32,000 nt of DNA, from assembly GCF_036323395.1 (NCBI RefSeq), contig NZ_AP028907.1, positions 180,001-212,000 of the forward strand, given 5' to 3'. Each line of letters begins with the position of its first letter. Within the stretch, counting starts at the first letter, position 1. Both the position numbers and the translations under genes were made by a program. Of the stretch, positions 30,962-32,000 are shown piece after piece. The DNA is from Pyrodictium abyssi (GTDB taxonomy: Archaea; Thermoproteota; Thermoprotei_A; Sulfolobales; Pyrodictiaceae). The notes under the pieces are model-generated. The model was not told the DNA's origin and did no database searches. It saw only the letters and a list, made by a program, of their open reading frames with translations.

Positions 30962-32000
30962 CTACTCTACCTTGGGGAGGTAGCTTAGGTCTATCTTCTC
31001 GGGCTCAGCGTCGCGCAGCTGGCCCTCCAGGTAGTCCTGGTAGCCCTTGAGGTCTAGCAGGCCGTGCCCGCTTAGGTTGAAGAGTATCGTTATCCTCTCG
31101 CCGCGCTTCTTAGCCTCCAGCGCCACGTCGATAGCAGCCTTGACTGCGTGGGCACTCTCCGGAGCCGGTATGATGCCCTCTGTGCGGGCGAAGAACACCG
31201 CGGCCTCGAACACCTCAGTCTGCTTGTAGGCCACTGGCTCGACAATGCCGTGGTTTACTAGTATGCTGAGAGTCGGGGCTACGCCATGGTATCGGAGCCC
31301 ACCCGCGTGTATCGGTGGTGGCACGAACCGGTGGCCTATCGTGTGCATCTTGAGGAGAGGCGTCATGCCGGCAGTGTCGCCGAAGTCGTAGCGGTACTCG
31401 CCGCGCGTCATGCTCGGCGCTGCGCGCGGCTCCACGGCTATGAAGCGTGCCTCCGTCTTGCCGCGAAGCCTATCATAGATGAACGGGTAGGCGAGGCCAG
31501 CGTAGTTGCTACCACCGCCTACAGCGCCTATGACTACGTCGGGGTACTCGCCTAGGGCTTCTAGCTGCCGCTTAGCTTCAAGCCCTATCACGGTCTGGTG
31601 AAGGAGCACGTGGTTCAGCACACTGCCCAGACTGTACTTGGTGTCGGGATTCTTCAGGGCGTCCTCTATGGCCTCGCTTATCGCTATGCCTAGGCTACCA
31701 GGGTTGTCCGGGTCCTTCTCGAGTATCTTCCTACCAGCCTCGGTGTACGGGCTAGGACTCGGCACCACCTCCGCCCCATAGGTCTGCATGACTATGCGCC
31801 GGTAGGGCTTCTGCTCGTAGCTGATCCGGACCATGTATACCCGGACCTTGAGCCCGAACATAGCGCCCGCTAGGGCTAGCGCCGAGCCCCACTGGCCCGC
31901 GCCAGTCTCGGTGGTAAGCCTCTTAGTGCCCTCGAGGCGGTTATAGTAGGCCTGCGCCAGCGCCGTGTTTATCTTATGGCTACCCGTGGGCAACACACCC
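30962..32000 (-). CDS. trpB: Tryptophan synthase beta chain-like PLP enzyme (TrpB2-like), N-terminus beyond the window
   Basis: [16 protein letters not shown] (PLP lysine), [12 protein letters not shown] and [12 protein letters not shown]. The frame is open to the window edge. Confidence 0.9.
   Translation of the reverse strand, partial: GVLPTGSHKINTALAQAYYNRLEGTKRLTTETGAGQWGSALALAGAMFGLKVRVYMVRISYEQKPYRRIVMQTYGAEVVPSPSPYTEAGRKILEKDPDNPGSLGIAISEAIEDALKNPDTKYSLGSVLNHVLLHQTVIGLEAKRQLEALGEYPDVVIGAVGGGSNYAGLAYPFIYDRLRGKTEARFIAVEPRAAPSMTRGEYRYDFGDTAGMTPLLKMHTIGHRFVPPPIHAGGLRYHGVAPTLSILVNHGIVEPVAYKQTEVFEAAVFFARTEGIIPAPESAHAVKAAIDVALEAKKRGERITILFNLSGHGLLDLKGYQDYLEGQLRDAEPEKIDLSYLPKVE

Overview
The window looks like a crenarchaeal chromosome segment. 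Gene order, AGG/ATA-rich codon usage and mid-50s %GC (by eye) suggest Desulfurococcales, possibly Aeropyrum-like; this is an inference. Bases 1-8800 carry a mostly minus-strand translation and ribosome-biogenesis cluster: uL10/P0, uL1, uL11, Spt5, SecE, FtsY, prefoldin alpha, LX, aIF6, eL31, eL39, a PDCD5-like protein, eS19, a YhbY/CRM protein, RNase P Rpp21 and Nep1. A tRNA-Glu(CUC) lies at 8850-8927. Its 3' 56 bp recur exactly at 23391-23446, bracketing a 14.5-kb integrated virus/plasmid-like element. The element encodes an intact tyrosine integrase, a P-loop ATPase operon, a secreted and membrane-anchored protein module that includes a GH99-like glycosidase, and small RHH, wHTH and AbrB regulators. 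Bases 23.5-32 kb are host housekeeping genes: a ferritin-like protein, Bcp, FKBP, Nip7-like, Nop2/NSUN, NMNAT, RtcA, a Nog1-like GTPase and TrpB. Four signals that the ORFs do not explain all lie inside the element. (1) A well-formed dual-guide C/D box sRNA sits 38 nt after the integrase stop, and both 12-nt guides are complementary to conserved archaeal 16S rRNA sequences. (2) There are 15 canonical and 3 degenerate copies of a 27-28 nt GTTTC-N17/18-GAAAC hairpin element; I saw none in the host flanks. (3) There are six copies of a TGTCAGA-N7-TCTGACA palindrome, usually next to the hairpins. (4) A 490-bp non-coding hub carries most of these. No CRISPR array, rRNA gene or transposase was seen.
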